A stretch of 64,000 nucleotides of DNA from Syncephalis fuscata S228 (lineage: Eukaryota; Fungi; Zoopagomycota), in NCBI GenBank assembly GCA_025786725.1, contig JAHLTZ010000002.1:558001-622000 (forward strand). The letters run 5' to 3'. Position 1 is the first letter of the stretch. Every line of letters starts with the position of its first letter. Under the pieces are notes generated by a model. The model was given only the letters and a program-made list of their open reading frames with translations. It did not search any database and was not told the DNA's origin. Made by a program: the position numbers and the translations under genes. Positions 51,853-64,000 of this stretch are shown one piece after another.

Positions 51853-52974
51853 AGTGTTGGTTTTGATAATGGTTATTTGACAATGGCAAACAAGAGTAGA
51901 ATAAACTTGACTAGAAATGACAAGGCCTCTGAGTTGATGACGCAACAAGGCCAACAACGCTAATCGTTCAATTAGATCATTCGTCGACCGGGGCTTATCC
52001 CCTGCCTTATCGACAGTCATCAAAGTCAATGACGTAGTACTCAATATAGAATAAATTCATATGTCTATTATATACGCCTGCATTTGCTGTAATAAGTTAT
52101 TATTTAGATGTGATTTAGCAAATTCTCTTGATCTACCTTCTGATACCATATTGATCAAATACTAGTATAGATATTGTTGGTCATCTAACAGTATTTCAAT
52201 AATGAACCACTGTAATAAATAAAATCAGCTCGAATAAGGTTTTATTAGAATAATGACTGTAACAAGTATGGACAATATATCAAACAAATAGTCCATTAGA
52301 GTAAAATACTGATATCAAATATTTACTTAAAAATAAAAGATTAATTAATTAATATAGCAATGAGTTGCTTGTAATAAAAGCATTGCTTTAATAAATATTA
52401 ATCATGGCTGATATGTGAAAATTATACAATAGTTTTGTAGATTACATGGCACTACTCTTTACAATGGATATAAATACCACAAATAGATGTCAATTAAATA
52501 AAACAACTATTATTACTATTATTACTATTATTTAAATGCATTCTAATTTTCTCTTTCAATATTTATTTATTTGATGAAACTAATACAGTTATAATGAATA
52601 TGCTCACAGGTTATTTCTAAAGCATAACATAAAATCTTTTAAGTAAATTTATAGTAATAACTTGCTAATACCATATTTGGTAATTATAAAGTATTTGTTT
52701 TCCCACACTAAAGAATCGTAATTACCCACGTTTTGCCATTTTCAAAGCGCCATTTTCCACATAAAAAACAGTATATAAAAATCATCTGATTAACAAGAAA
52801 GGATATCCAAGTTCATTTACAATTTTCTAGATTATGTCAAACAAATAAATATAAAAAGAGGAAGCTAAATTGCATCCAGACAATTGTAATAATAATAAAG
52901 GCTACTTTATTTAATGGCAATATATTTAACATGAAAATAAATTGTTGTAACTTTCTAAAACTAAAGTTTATTAT

Positions 52975-54993
52975 TTATAGCATAAATGCTTCGTATAAAC
53001 CATTTTTCTTATTAACTCGACTAATAATGCCAACGGATACATTCCATTCGATGCGTCTGGAATATGTATTGGAAAATGAGGACGGTAAAGAGGCTACCTC
53101 AATGGGACATAAAGACCCACTTTCATTACCTTCAGCTTCTTCGCTAATAAGATAAGCTGGTGCTTTGTAAACGTGGCCAGTATGCATATCTACAAACCAA
53201 TTTTCTTCGGGTATACTGGTCATCATTGCGCATAAAGGCCCAAGAAAGGGTACGCGTTCATAATAATATACACAAAATATTGAGCGCAGTATATTTCCAT
53301 TCTGAGCATCTAATACATCGAGTGCGAGATGGTTTCGAATGACAACTAGCTTTTCATTGCATAGTTTTGTAATTGTATTTCTGACTATAGTTCGACTCCA
53401 TAATAGACGGCCTTGATCGGAACTATTAATTGGTAGTAATTGGCCGTGGTCTCTAGTGTCGAATAATGATTGTAGTGCATTATTTGATGAAAAATCATCA
53501 AATGCAAATAAATTCAATAAAAACATATTTTCATTTCTATTGCGCTTTTGATGCTGGTCTTCAATTTGTATAATAACTAAACACGTTTTTTCTGTATATG
53601 GCTCAGCATCAACTACAGCAAGTGAATAATACGGAATGGTGACTTGATCCGATATAATTTTTTGGCATTGAGGTTGTTCCTGTTGAGCATTAAATAGCTC
53701 CCATCGAATGCACGTTGATTTTTTGTCATTGACAGCAGTTTGCAAATTTTGAGTGATTGTAGAAGTAGAATCAACGCCATAATTTACAGAATTACGTATG
53801 ATCTCCCATTTTAGAAGTTGACACTGTTTGCGAGAAGTGAATTGCGTAGAGATATTTGATGTAAACCAGGGAAATTCTGGCCCTTTTATAAATTGGTTTG
53901 TTTCCAAGTCAAGTAAATTAAATGTATAGTTTGAGTCTTCCATATGATCGCTTCTCATTGGCACCCAATTGTTATAGATGCCAAACAAACAAGGCGAATT
54001 ATTTCTCCTGGCTCTAGGCACGGTTTGAATATCAATAATCTTGGCAGGTAAATTACTAGCATGGCGCCATATCACAATAATAGTTTGTCTACAACTTTCT
54101 ATTTTTTGTGTGTATCTTTTAGTCGATTGCCTATTAGAATGTTTATCTAAATTGTCAAAAAGTCAGACTAATTTTCTTTATTGTGCTGTGCTCCCGTATT
54201 GCTTATATTGCTATTAGCATCGATCATTATTACTACCTACTGAATTAAATACAGTCTTTACTTCCTCATATGTAATTATGGCGACTTTGGCCACAACAAA
54301 CTGATGCGTTCCGCTGACATATTTGATTTCCATAGTTTGATTCAATAAACATGGTGATAAAGGAATAGTTAATTCTTTCCATGTCAACTCTTTGCCGCCA
54401 TGGCTATTTTTCTTGCTAAATAAATTGTGTTGAATTGACCATATTTTTGAATTTTTTGTATCCCACACCAATCCATTCCAAGGATTGACTTCAACTAGCT
54501 TTAATTCAGCGTGTTCTTCAAATGGTAGCTGGCAATTTTGTCTTTTGAATCGGCCTGCCATAAAGTTATGATTAATTTGTTGGCGTCGGTGATAAGCATA
54601 AAACCATTGAATAGTACCAAAATTAGGAATGGATGGTAAATAATTAAAGAACAATGTACTTTCAGTATTGGCATTATTAGCAGTTGTAGTGACAGATAAC
54701 GATGAATGTTTTCGTTTTTTCTTGTTTAAATTGGACGTCAATTCTTTCAATTTTGTTGTATCATTGATATGCCAGTTATACCATGTAAGCCATTCTTGCT
54801 CGCGTTGATCATCTACACCAAATTTTTGTCTATATTGGCGTTCCCAGTAATTAGGTCGATCAATTATTATTTTATAAAAAAACCGACAGCTAGTAGCAAA
54901 AAGTATCAGCTCTTGGCCTTCCATAAATTGACACAAATACAGCAAAATATCATGATTTTGCCATACTCGTTGGCTATTAGCACTCAAAGACAT
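52975..54993 (-). CDS. F-box-like protein, paralog A (two exons)
   Basis: N-terminal WQNHDILLYLCQFMEGQELILFATSCRFFYKII..YWERQYRQKF resembles an F-box; beta-rich C-terminal region; colinear with paralog B. Confidence 0.7.
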
Positions 54994-55916
54994 GGTTGAC
55001 TAGAAATATTGCGCTAGAGTTGATACGCGGTAGACGACAGAAATAATAGTAGGCAAAAAATAGAAAGAGAAGCTTGTCGCATTATCATAAGCTGTTTCAG
55101 CCTATTTAAGCGACAATAGTTACACGATTACGTATATTTGTTGAAGATTGACGTCGCTATTATTTTATTTATAAATAGAGTGTAAGCTTATAAAAAATTA
55201 AGTTATTAATAGATGGCTGATTTTTAAGAAACTAATTATATAGTTTATTAGTATATAATTAACATTAATACTTGTGAAGTTGCAGTAACAGTAATAAAGA
55301 GACGTATGATTTTAAGCAGCATTTGCTTTTTTCGCCTATGCTTGTTATTGCTATATTTGATAACTATAAATAATCTGTTTTCTCGCATTAAAGAACTGTA
55401 ACTGCACACGTTTTGCCATATTCTAAACGTCATTCTTTGCTTATTCAAAAAAATAGCTATATACTGATTATTACTAAAAATAATAAAAAATATTTAATTC
55501 ATTTAATTCGTATTTTTACCACCTTTATATCTATAATTGTTGCTGTGTTTTCATTGTAACATTTTAGTTTATTAAAAATGAAAACAAAAACTGTTGTTTA
55601 AAGCCATGCATTTTTTACTGATGTTACTTTAATTTAACAAATATTAATACTGATTATAATGCCAATAGATTATATAGCTGGTTTTTTAACGATTAGCCAT
55701 TTATTAATGACTTGAATCTTTATAATTTTACATTCTATTTGTAAATAAAACGATAGTAATAGATATTATATTTCAACAAGCATTGAATTCGTGTAACCAT
55801 TTTCCGTAGATGGTCTAAATCAACTCGTGATCATGCGACGCCCTTTTCTCTACCTATAAAAAACTGTCGACGATCCGTCTATCATATAAGTTCAGCACAA
55901 CCATTTTTAGTCAAAT

Positions 55917-57980
55917 ATGTCTTTGAGTACTTGCAACGGACGCTTCTGGCAAAATCGTGATGCTTTACTGTATTTATGTCATTTTATGGATAACCAAGCA
56001 CTGGTACTTTTTGCCACCAGTAGTCGATTTATTTATCGAACAATAATTGATCAATCTGATCATTGGGAACGAAAGTATAGACGGAAATTTTGCCTGGGCG
56101 ATCAGCGCGAGCAGAATTGGATTGCCTGGTATAATTGGGATATCAATGCTATAGCAAAATTAAAGAGTATTACATCCAATGTAAATCAAGCAAAGCAAAA
56201 ATCTTTATTATCATCTACAACTACAACTATTGATGATAATGCTAATGAGTATACACGACCTATTAAAGATCTGTCATTCATTCCTAATTTTAATGCAGCT
56301 CAATGGTTCCACGCTTATCACCGACGCCGACAGGTTCATCATAACTTTATGGCAGGCCGATTCAAAAGACGAGTTTGCCAGTTGCCAGTCGATAGATACG
56401 GCTGGGCAAGTTTAGTCGATGTAAATCCTTGGTATGCACTGTTGTGGCACAAACAAGAATCAAAGCTTTGGCTAGTTCGACATGACGTTCTTAACAAGGG
56501 AAATGAGCACAAAAAGAAATTAGTTTGGAAAGAATTGACTAGTTCTTTAGCAGCATCTTCATTTAATCGAGTTTTCCAAGTCGATTCTGTTTATGGAACA
56601 CACCGGTATGTTATAACCTATGTTACTATACGTGCATACGATGACATAGACCCAGTATTTATTGGCAGCCAAACAGGTAACTGCTAATTGCCAATTTAAA
56701 AACTATATAATCGTTTATCAATGCAATTAATAATAGTAAACCTGGCCGAGATGGAAGCAGGGTACATTAGGAACAACGAAGCTTCTACTGCTTTAGACAA
56801 GTTGTATAACATTTTCTCGACCATCACATTATCAAAAGAACAAAAAAGCTACAAACGAGATGCTATTTTAGTATGGCCTATTAATGGCAATTCATCTCCT
56901 CATGTAATTTATTACCAACGCAAAGACTATAGCTGGAAAGGGATAAATAAGCCTAGCCTAGTTGCTATTAATGACAATTGGATGATTATGCAAACCAAGT
57001 ATATGCAAGATCGTTACCAAAGACTTGATTTATACGATTTAGATAGAAACAAGTGGATAGAAGGCTCAAGAATGATTCGGTATAATTCAAGTGTTTGTAT
57101 CCAGTTTAGTTCTAGCGACCAATGCCAATTGTTAACATGGTCAATAATGCCTGAGTCTCAAAAGAACGGCAATACCTTTACAGCTGATAATACTCAGGAT
57201 TTGCAAGTTATTAGTAATGAAGATCAATTATTGAACATTCAATGGGAGCTACTTGACTTTCAAAAAGGAAAATATCGGTATAAAACGATTCTATCCGGTC
57301 AAATTATTGTTCCATATTTTTCAAACGCGATAGTTAAAGCCGAAACATATACAGAAAAAATGTGCTTAATCATTGTATGGGATAAAAAAGATAGAGCAAG
57401 TCGCGTTGAAGACGGAACATTCAGTGCCTCATTGTCGTTATTTGCATTTGAAAATTCTTCATCAAATAATCTACCACAATCTTTATTCGACATTAGAGAT
57501 TACAAAAAATTACTGCCGATTAATAGTTCCGACCAAGGACGGATATTATGGACCCGCAATATAACTAACGATAAAATTACAACATTATACAGCGAAAAAC
57601 TAATTGTTGTTCAGAACTATCTAACGCTTGATGTCTTGGATGCTCACAATGGAAACCTGCTGCGTTCAATTGCTTGTCCAATAGATTCAAAGATTACACC
57701 TTTTCTTGGGTCTTTATGCGCAATGGTTGAAGGAGAACACAGACAAAATTGGTTTATTGATATGCACACTGGTCGTGTTTATAGACCACCAGCGCATCTT
57801 ACTAAACGAGAAACTAAAAATAACACTGAAGATGAGTCTTTAGGCCCTATTGAAACAACATTCCAATCAGTCCCAAGTGGAGATGTTGGGATCAATTCAT
57901 CTGAATATCGTGTATCGAATGCTGCCATCGGTAGAATTAATGTTAGCACTAATGGCTTATACGAAGCATTTATGTTATAA
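55917..57980 (+). CDS. F-box-like protein, paralog B (two exons; intron ~56677-56737)
   Basis: WQNRDALLYLCHFMDNQALVLFATSSRFIYRTII..HWERKYRRKF; shares QWF.AYHRR, LLPINSSDQGR.LW and NGLYEAFML with paralog A. Confidence 0.7.
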
Positions 57981-58370
57981 GTAATAAATTCAAGTTATAG
58001 TCCTTTGCTACAATTTATTTTCATGTTGACTATCTTAAAGTTCACATGTTCATAAAAAATATATATCTTCAGTAATAATACTGTTGTGAGATAGACCAAC
58101 AAATTCATCTGGTTTATTTTTTGGTCTGTATTACTTTGGTAATAACAAAAATACACTTTCATGGTCTTACTCTATGAAACCACATTGTGTCAAATCCATC
58201 TACCTTTTATAAAATTATTAAAATAGCCTCTTTTTGTATACGTCATTCCACACATCGTTGTTCATATACCATTTTACTCCATTAAGCTTCAGCTTACAAC
58301 CATTAAGCTTTTCAACACCTTAAGAACAAGGCGTCGTAAGCAAGACAAGACAATCATTTATTGACGTATC

Positions 58371-59955
58371 ATGGACACGCCACCAAACCACGCCGGACTC
58401 ACTACCGGCGAGACAGACTGGAGAACTGTGGCTTGTGGTCATATCATTGACCAGCAAACGCTAATTACAATGTAAGTAAAGAACACTGTAAGGTATCTTT
58501 ATTTTCTAACTAAACTTTATTGGTGTACATTAGTGATGCCAAAGCTTCTATGGAAACGGCTTGTGAAGTAAGTGACTAGGTGCCAACTGATGTAATAGTT
58601 AATTATTGACTATCTGTACCTATTTAATAATAATAAAATAATAGACATTGGTCACTCATTGTATTAGCTCGGCACCTATCTATGATGAAACGCTGAAAAG
58701 CTATATTGGCATGTTTGACTACTCGGATCTACTTACCTATGTGCTGCTTGTGTTAAAGCGTGCCAAAATACCGCAGCATGAGAATACACGACAGGTATTG
58801 CGTCTGGTGCAAAAGGCTGCTGCTGAGCAAAATGTACCAGTTCATCTAGCATCAGGCAAGTATCAATTTGCGATAATAAAGTATACTGATCATCATTATT
58901 CTCGTATTATATTAGATTTAAGTCAAAAGAACCATTTTACGCACTTTTGGCCGAATCATCACTGATCCAAGCCTTGGAAATCTTTTCCAAGGGTGCTCAT
59001 CGATGTAAGCGTGAGCTTATAAATATTAAACATTTACTTATTTGCTGTTTTATTCCGTGTTTGTCACAGTGGCTATAATTAACCAGGATGGCTCCGTCAA
59101 GGTAGTGGAAATATTCAGTTACTTTTCATTTTACTTAAACTATGTTAATCTTTAGGGCATTTTATCCCAGTCATCATTGATTAAATACATTTCACAGCAG
59201 GTAATTACATCAATGCCTATTGCAAATCACTATTGATTTATTTGTTACAATGAATAGTCGGGAAAATATCCATCATTAGATGCTATTTTAAAGCAAACGG
59301 TAATACACAATAGTACTACTGAGTCTATTATTTATTTATATAAACTGTGGATTGTTCTAGCTACGTGAACTTGGAATGGCCCAGCATAAAGTAGTTTCGG
59401 TTGATAGTAGTGATCAAGTGCTTGATGCACTTAGTGTTATGAGTAAGTTAACGCTTACTATTAAAGATATTATTAATATGGCGTTCATCAATGATTAGAC
59501 GAACATGGCGTGTCTTCTATTGCCGTATTAGATGGTCAATCGCATATTATTGGAAACATTTCGGTATCTGATATTAAAGTACGTATTTAACAGCTTTTAT
59601 ACTCAATAGCTTATTGTTATATTGTCATTAGCATATACTGGCTCGCGATAAGCACTCACTGCTCTACACTCAGTGTCATTCCTTTGTATCACATATAAAG
59701 ATGGAGGATGGCTTGCAAAATGGCATGGTACGTAACAGCTAAATAGATGGATAAGTAGCTCTAACCAAGCTACGACCATAGGATTCGGTACCAGTATTTG
59801 ATGTTCACGCCGATACCACGCTACGAGACTGCCTGGCCAAACTCGTGGCCACAAAAGCTCATCGTGTATGGGTGAGCGATGAACAACGACGAGTAACAGG
59901 CGTTGTATCGCTTACAGATATTGCTCGTATGCTTGCAGAACATGCCAATTTATAA
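58371..59955 (+). CDS. SDS23: CBS-domain protein, Sds23/24-like (many micro-exons; apparent 1-nt deletion near 58932)
   Basis: DWRTV, ASMETACETL, IGMFDYSDLLTYVL, LSQKN(P)F, GILSQSSLIKY, GVSSIAV..IGNISVSDIK, GMDSVPVFDV, KLVATKAHRVWV, GVVSLTDI. Confidence 0.85.
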
Positions 59956-60051
59956 ATGACTGTTTATTGCTTCTTAATCAACTGTGCACTATTATCACCA
60001 GTAATGTATCACTGGTCGGTATTGTTTATCAAAGTGAATTGACCTATTTAT

Positions 60052-61643
60052 TTAATAATGACGATCCAACACTTGACGCGTAAATTGGCCAAAAGTAAGA
60101 CCTTGAGCGTTAAGAGGCTGTGCCACAGGCGGCTGTAAGAATACAGCAAATGTATTGCGAGCAATCTTAGCCGATGGATGCTGAGGCGGACTTTGCTTAG
60201 GTGCACGCACACAATGCCATGTACCTTGCAATTGACCGGACGTGACCACTTGAAGTGCTTCGCCTGCCTGGAAAGCAATCATCTCAGCTGGTATATCAAC
60301 CTAGTATCATATCATTTAGTAGAATTGCAAGCCATTATTGCCAATCTACTTACCTGGACCACTTGGCCTGATCGTTTTTTAACATATAAGCCACTGATAG
60401 GATCGGCCGGTTCAGTCTCGCGATAGTCGGTTGTTTCATCAACATACATGGCACGTGTCAAGCCTATTGTACAATTTAGTATGTTTTAATTAATTATTTA
60501 AATCATATATATATATACCTGTCAATAGTGAATGATCTAAATGCCATCCACACCATGATGCTTCATCGGTACCTGTAGCTTCTCCTGATTCCGATGCTGC
60601 TGGTACTGCTGGTGGAAAATAGTGCAATAAACGAGCCTTTGTAGTATCAGAAGCTTCCAAGGCATTGGCAATAAATCCAGGCGTATAATTTGGTTGCTGA
60701 GATTGAACTATTCAAGTATTAGTCTATAGTATTATCATACAATCTAACGAGCAAAGTAAATAGCTGCATTAATTCTTACCATAAGCATCACAATGACGTC
60801 CAAGTAAATATCCTACAGCCGCAATAATTGCACCAAGTGCTTTAAAATCCTGTTCAAAGGCCGGGCATTCTTGAGCGGTAGGCCAGACATTGCCATGGTA
60901 ATAACTGGCGTATTCTCGGCGTATTTTTTCATCTGTCACTTGATCGCCCGGCGTATCTTTTAACGGGTTGGCGTAGAATGAGCCTTTTTCAGTATCTAGA
61001 TGAGTATTAAATAATTATTAAATTGTTTATTATTTTAATACTGAGCTATTACTAACCTGGCTTGCCGTTCATGCTTTCTTTACCATGGCTCCAGCCAAAG
61101 CTGTATTGAGCATCTGGAACAGTAAGACGGTTTTTGACATCCTCAGGTAACTGAGCAAATACCGAAGCTTGACGTAGCAAATGAGAACGTAAAGTAGGAT
61201 AATCAGGTATACCACGCACTAAAATCACACCTAGTGCTTCATCGTGATTACCAAACGCTTCCTATCCATTTAGAACACATATAAATAATTAAATAAAGAT
61301 AGGCATTGAAACATGATAACTAACTAACCTGTAGACTTGCTGATAGATCGGGCAGTGGCTCTCCTTGGACCAGTAAAGGAAAGTCAATTACAACAACGCC
61401 GTTGACTTTTTCCACGGCCGAAGCCGGCTGTTGTTGTGACAACATTGCCAAAGGAAGATTGGTACGGGACAGTGGCGGAGAAGTATACCAAGACCACGGG
61501 TTTAACGATAGCAATAGACCATGTAACGTAGAAGAAGAAGAAGAGTAAACAGAAACACTAGTTAGTTGACTATACCATAGATAGAGTGCAGTAATAGCGG
61601 TAAAGACTGCAATAATTGATAAAGATTTAGTAGAAACCAACAT
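60052..61643 (-). CDS. 2-oxoglutarate/Fe(II)-dependent dioxygenase (IPNS-like fold); start at 61643 or 61445
   Basis: LGVILVRGIP, YSFGWSHGKE, KGSFYANP, GNVWP, KARLLHYFP, WCGWHLDHSLLTGL (HxD), GTWHCVRAP (distal His), RNTFAVFLQP. Confidence 0.88.
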
Positions 61644-62002
61644 TTTGTACAGCTGTAGTAGCAATAGGATTGGGTTGTGCCATAACAAAAGGCGTCGTCG
61701 TTGTAGTCTTGGTTATAGTAAAAGCAACAATAAACGAGAAAAGCTTGATGGGGTACGTAAAATGGCAATGACCAAAGGTGACAAATAAATAGAATTGACG
61801 AGTAAGCATGATGATGACGACGACACTTGTTAACGGATCAATTACTTTGTAACACAGTAATAACAAAATAGACACCACAACTCAATCATTTATCGTTTAT
61901 ATGTTAATGTGTGTTGTTTTGGAAACTATATTATCCTACTTTTCAGTCGATTGACATGTAATTGCTGAGCTACTACTGATTATGCTATTAGTATCGTAGC
62001 TT

Positions 62003-62005
62003 TTA

Positions 62006-62036
<31 letters not shown>

Positions 62037-63017
62037 GACATTGGTTCAGGCTTAGGAAATGTATCTCTAAGCCTAGCCCATTCTTCAGCACGTACTGTAT
62101 CTTCGCGAGCAAGGAAGCCATGTTGTATTAAGTCTGCAATCTCATAATTCATACCATTCATTTCCCATAGCTCTTCAGCCGTCTCAACAGCTCGTGGCCA
62201 TGCCTGCTTAATGTTTACTTCAAGGCCGGCATGTACCAAACGAGCATACATAGCACTGGTCCATGCAACATCATAATAAGGAGCTAGGCCAAATGTAGCG
62301 TACATACGGTCAAGAGCAAGTTCTGCAGCCTCTTGTTCGTTCTTTTCAGCTGCCTCAATAGCTTGACGTTCAAACGACTCCATAATCATTAAAAAGTCGC
62401 CTTCATATACAATGGGGCCGTAGCGATTGCGATCGGCCAACATTGTTAGGCAAAGATCGGGACGATTAAACCGGATAAGATTACGAATAGCTACAGTCGT
62501 GGAACGAGCCGTTAAAAGCAGCGGCGTTCGACGCCACCGAGAAATAATCGGCACAAATAGTTCACAGTCAGCACCGGTACGTAGATTATAAAGTAGTCGA
62601 TTAATGGCGGCATGACGTGGCAATTCATGATCGGGCGTTCGTGGCTCAGTCGATGCCCATAACTCTTTAAATTAGTGTGGAATAGGACAGAGACACCAGG
62701 TGGTGCACGATGAGCATCTGCTGCCCGCGCGCCGTATTCTTCAAGGGCCTCAATATCGGCGATAAGTGCATCGTTAGTTATAAATTTTCCTTGTTGTGCC
62801 AAGCGAAACGATGGAGATCTGTCAACACCTTTACTTTCTAAATATTTAAAATATATAAATAAATAAAATTTTAACTATTTATTAACTTACGAGAATCGCG
62901 TTTTTGATATTCAGTGCTGGCTGTAGCCCATCGAGTCGACGTGGTTAGTGATCGACTGGCACGCGTCGCAATACTCGTAAGTAGACGGGCTCCATAAGTT
63001 CCACTTTGCAGCCACAT
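62003..63017 (-). CDS. Probable mitochondrial helical-repeat protein with poly-Q tail (frameshift near 62625)
   Basis: N-terminus is R/S/T-rich with no acidic residues (MWLQSGTYGARLLTSIATRASRSLTTSTRW), like a presequence; intron ~62839-62890; RPDLCLTMLADRNRYG; ends in 10 Gln. Confidence 0.6.
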
Positions 63018-63285
63018 GATCTAATTGTTTAACTGGCGTATATCTTGAAATAAATAGTATACAGCCAACAATCGAAAAGCGTAAAATTTAAAAGAATCCA
63101 AAGATCTGTTAGTGCTGTAACTACAATTTGTTTTTTATTAATGTCAACTCGAACTAAGCAGATCAATATTGACTCAATTCGGTATATAGATAGATGCAAA
63201 ACATTGGCCTACTTGCATTCACATCACTTGATCTTTTTATCGGTCTTGTTATTGTTGTTATACGAGTCGCCGCTTATTGTTAACA

Positions 63286-64000
63286 ATGACGGCCGAGGTA
63301 ATCAAGGCAAAGCCTTATTATAAGGCACTATTAATCGATCCAGAGGATTATGCATTTGATTTTGAAGAATTCATTAAAAATGAAGTAGGCTTGGACGGAG
63401 AAAGACGACGTGCAGGTAAGTAGTTGCTAGCACAACGAGAATGTAGCTAATATAAATGGCCTCTATAACCGTAGATACGTGCCAGTTCTTTGTACGTGGC
63501 CATTGTCCAAGAGGAACACGTTGTCCAAAACGGCACGATGTAGAAATGCAAAAACGACGTAATGCAGTAGTATGCAAGCATGGTTGCGTGCACTGTGTAA
63601 GAAAGGCGATCAGTGCGAGTTTTTACACGAATACAATCTACGCCGTATGCCTGAATGTTGGTTCTTTAGTAAATACGGCGAGTGCTGCAATGGAGAAGAG
63701 TGCTTTACTTGCATGTTGATCCGGAGAAACGTCGCGTTGAATGTCCATGGTATGCACGTGGATTCTGTAAACATGGTAAATAGCTTAATAATACCTATTA
63801 GTCATTAATAGACTAATCAATAAATGAATAGGACCGCATTGTCGTAATAAACATGTTCGACGCGTTATTTGCCAGCTGTATATTAATGGATTTTGCCCAC
63901 TGGGACCAGATTGTCCAAATGGACAGTATCCTTTTTACACTTTTATCAATAATGAATACGTAATATGCGTAAATAATGATTCTTAACACGTTTACTTAGT
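63286..64000 (+). CDS. YTH1: CPSF30/Yth1 CCCH zinc-finger polyadenylation factor (partial; apparent 1-nt deletions near 63580 and 63705)
   Basis: [31 protein letters not shown](W)[41 protein letters not shown]|[22 protein letters not shown]. Confidence 0.95.

Noticed and set aside
54061-54070. ATGGCGCCAT palindrome matching a CYS-3-type site
   Set aside because: It lies inside F-box coding sequence and is a single occurrence.
18359-57980. Apparent sulfur/glutathione cluster (MetR-like bZIP, SLC25A39/40 carrier, nitrilase, DUG1, F-box genes)
   Set aside because: The genes are spread over 40 kb among unrelated housekeeping genes; the nitrilase matches the omega-amidase branch rather than the deaminated-glutathione amidase; the F-box proteins do not resemble Met30/SconB.
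9650-63720. Calling the cyclin, UGT1, DUG1, CBS gene and YTH1 pseudogenes or programmed frameshifts
   Set aside because: The lesions are uniform 1-nt losses in short runs with otherwise intact motifs and no shared slippery signal; sequencing error is more parsimonious.
1-64000. tRNA, rRNA or autonomous transposase/reverse transcriptase genes
   Set aside because: None recognised by eye; tRNAscan-SE and Infernal would be needed to exclude small RNAs.

Overview
Eukaryotic, AT-rich, gene-dense window with many short (~45-80 nt) GT-AG and some GC-AG introns. The style suggests an early-diverging fungus (Zoopagomycota/Mucoromycota-like; inference only). About 24 protein-coding loci are supported: DUS4-like tRNA dihydrouridine synthase, an S4/RluA-like + HemK/PrmC fusion, a Pcl-type cyclin, two membrane-anchored UDP-glycosyltransferases, a CYS-3/MetR-type bZIP, a TLC-domain protein, PEX5, a Myb-repeat protein, a SLC25A39/40-type carrier, DPH7, an omega-amidase, three tandem secreted proteins, DUG1/CNDP2, a head-to-head F-box pair, an SDS23-like CBS protein, a 2OG-Fe(II) dioxygenase, a mitochondrial helical protein and YTH1/CPSF30. 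Most notable: (1) the spliced in-frame fusion of a catalytically degenerate RluA-like domain to an intact-looking N5-glutamine methyltransferase, divergent from DUS4; (2) a three-gene secreted-protein cluster whose promoters are packed with AGGGG/CCCCT elements and two of whose products share Tyr/His/acidic KSY[DN]AG-EGED repeats; (3) a ~0.9 kb non-autonomous element with long compound inverted termini in two full copies plus a fragment; (4) two diverged UGT paralogs with ~355 bp near-identical 3' ends forming an inverted repeat around 23 kb. Many genes, including normally essential ones, carry single-base deletions in homopolymers, so apparent frameshifts are probably consensus errors. All coordinates were read by eye.
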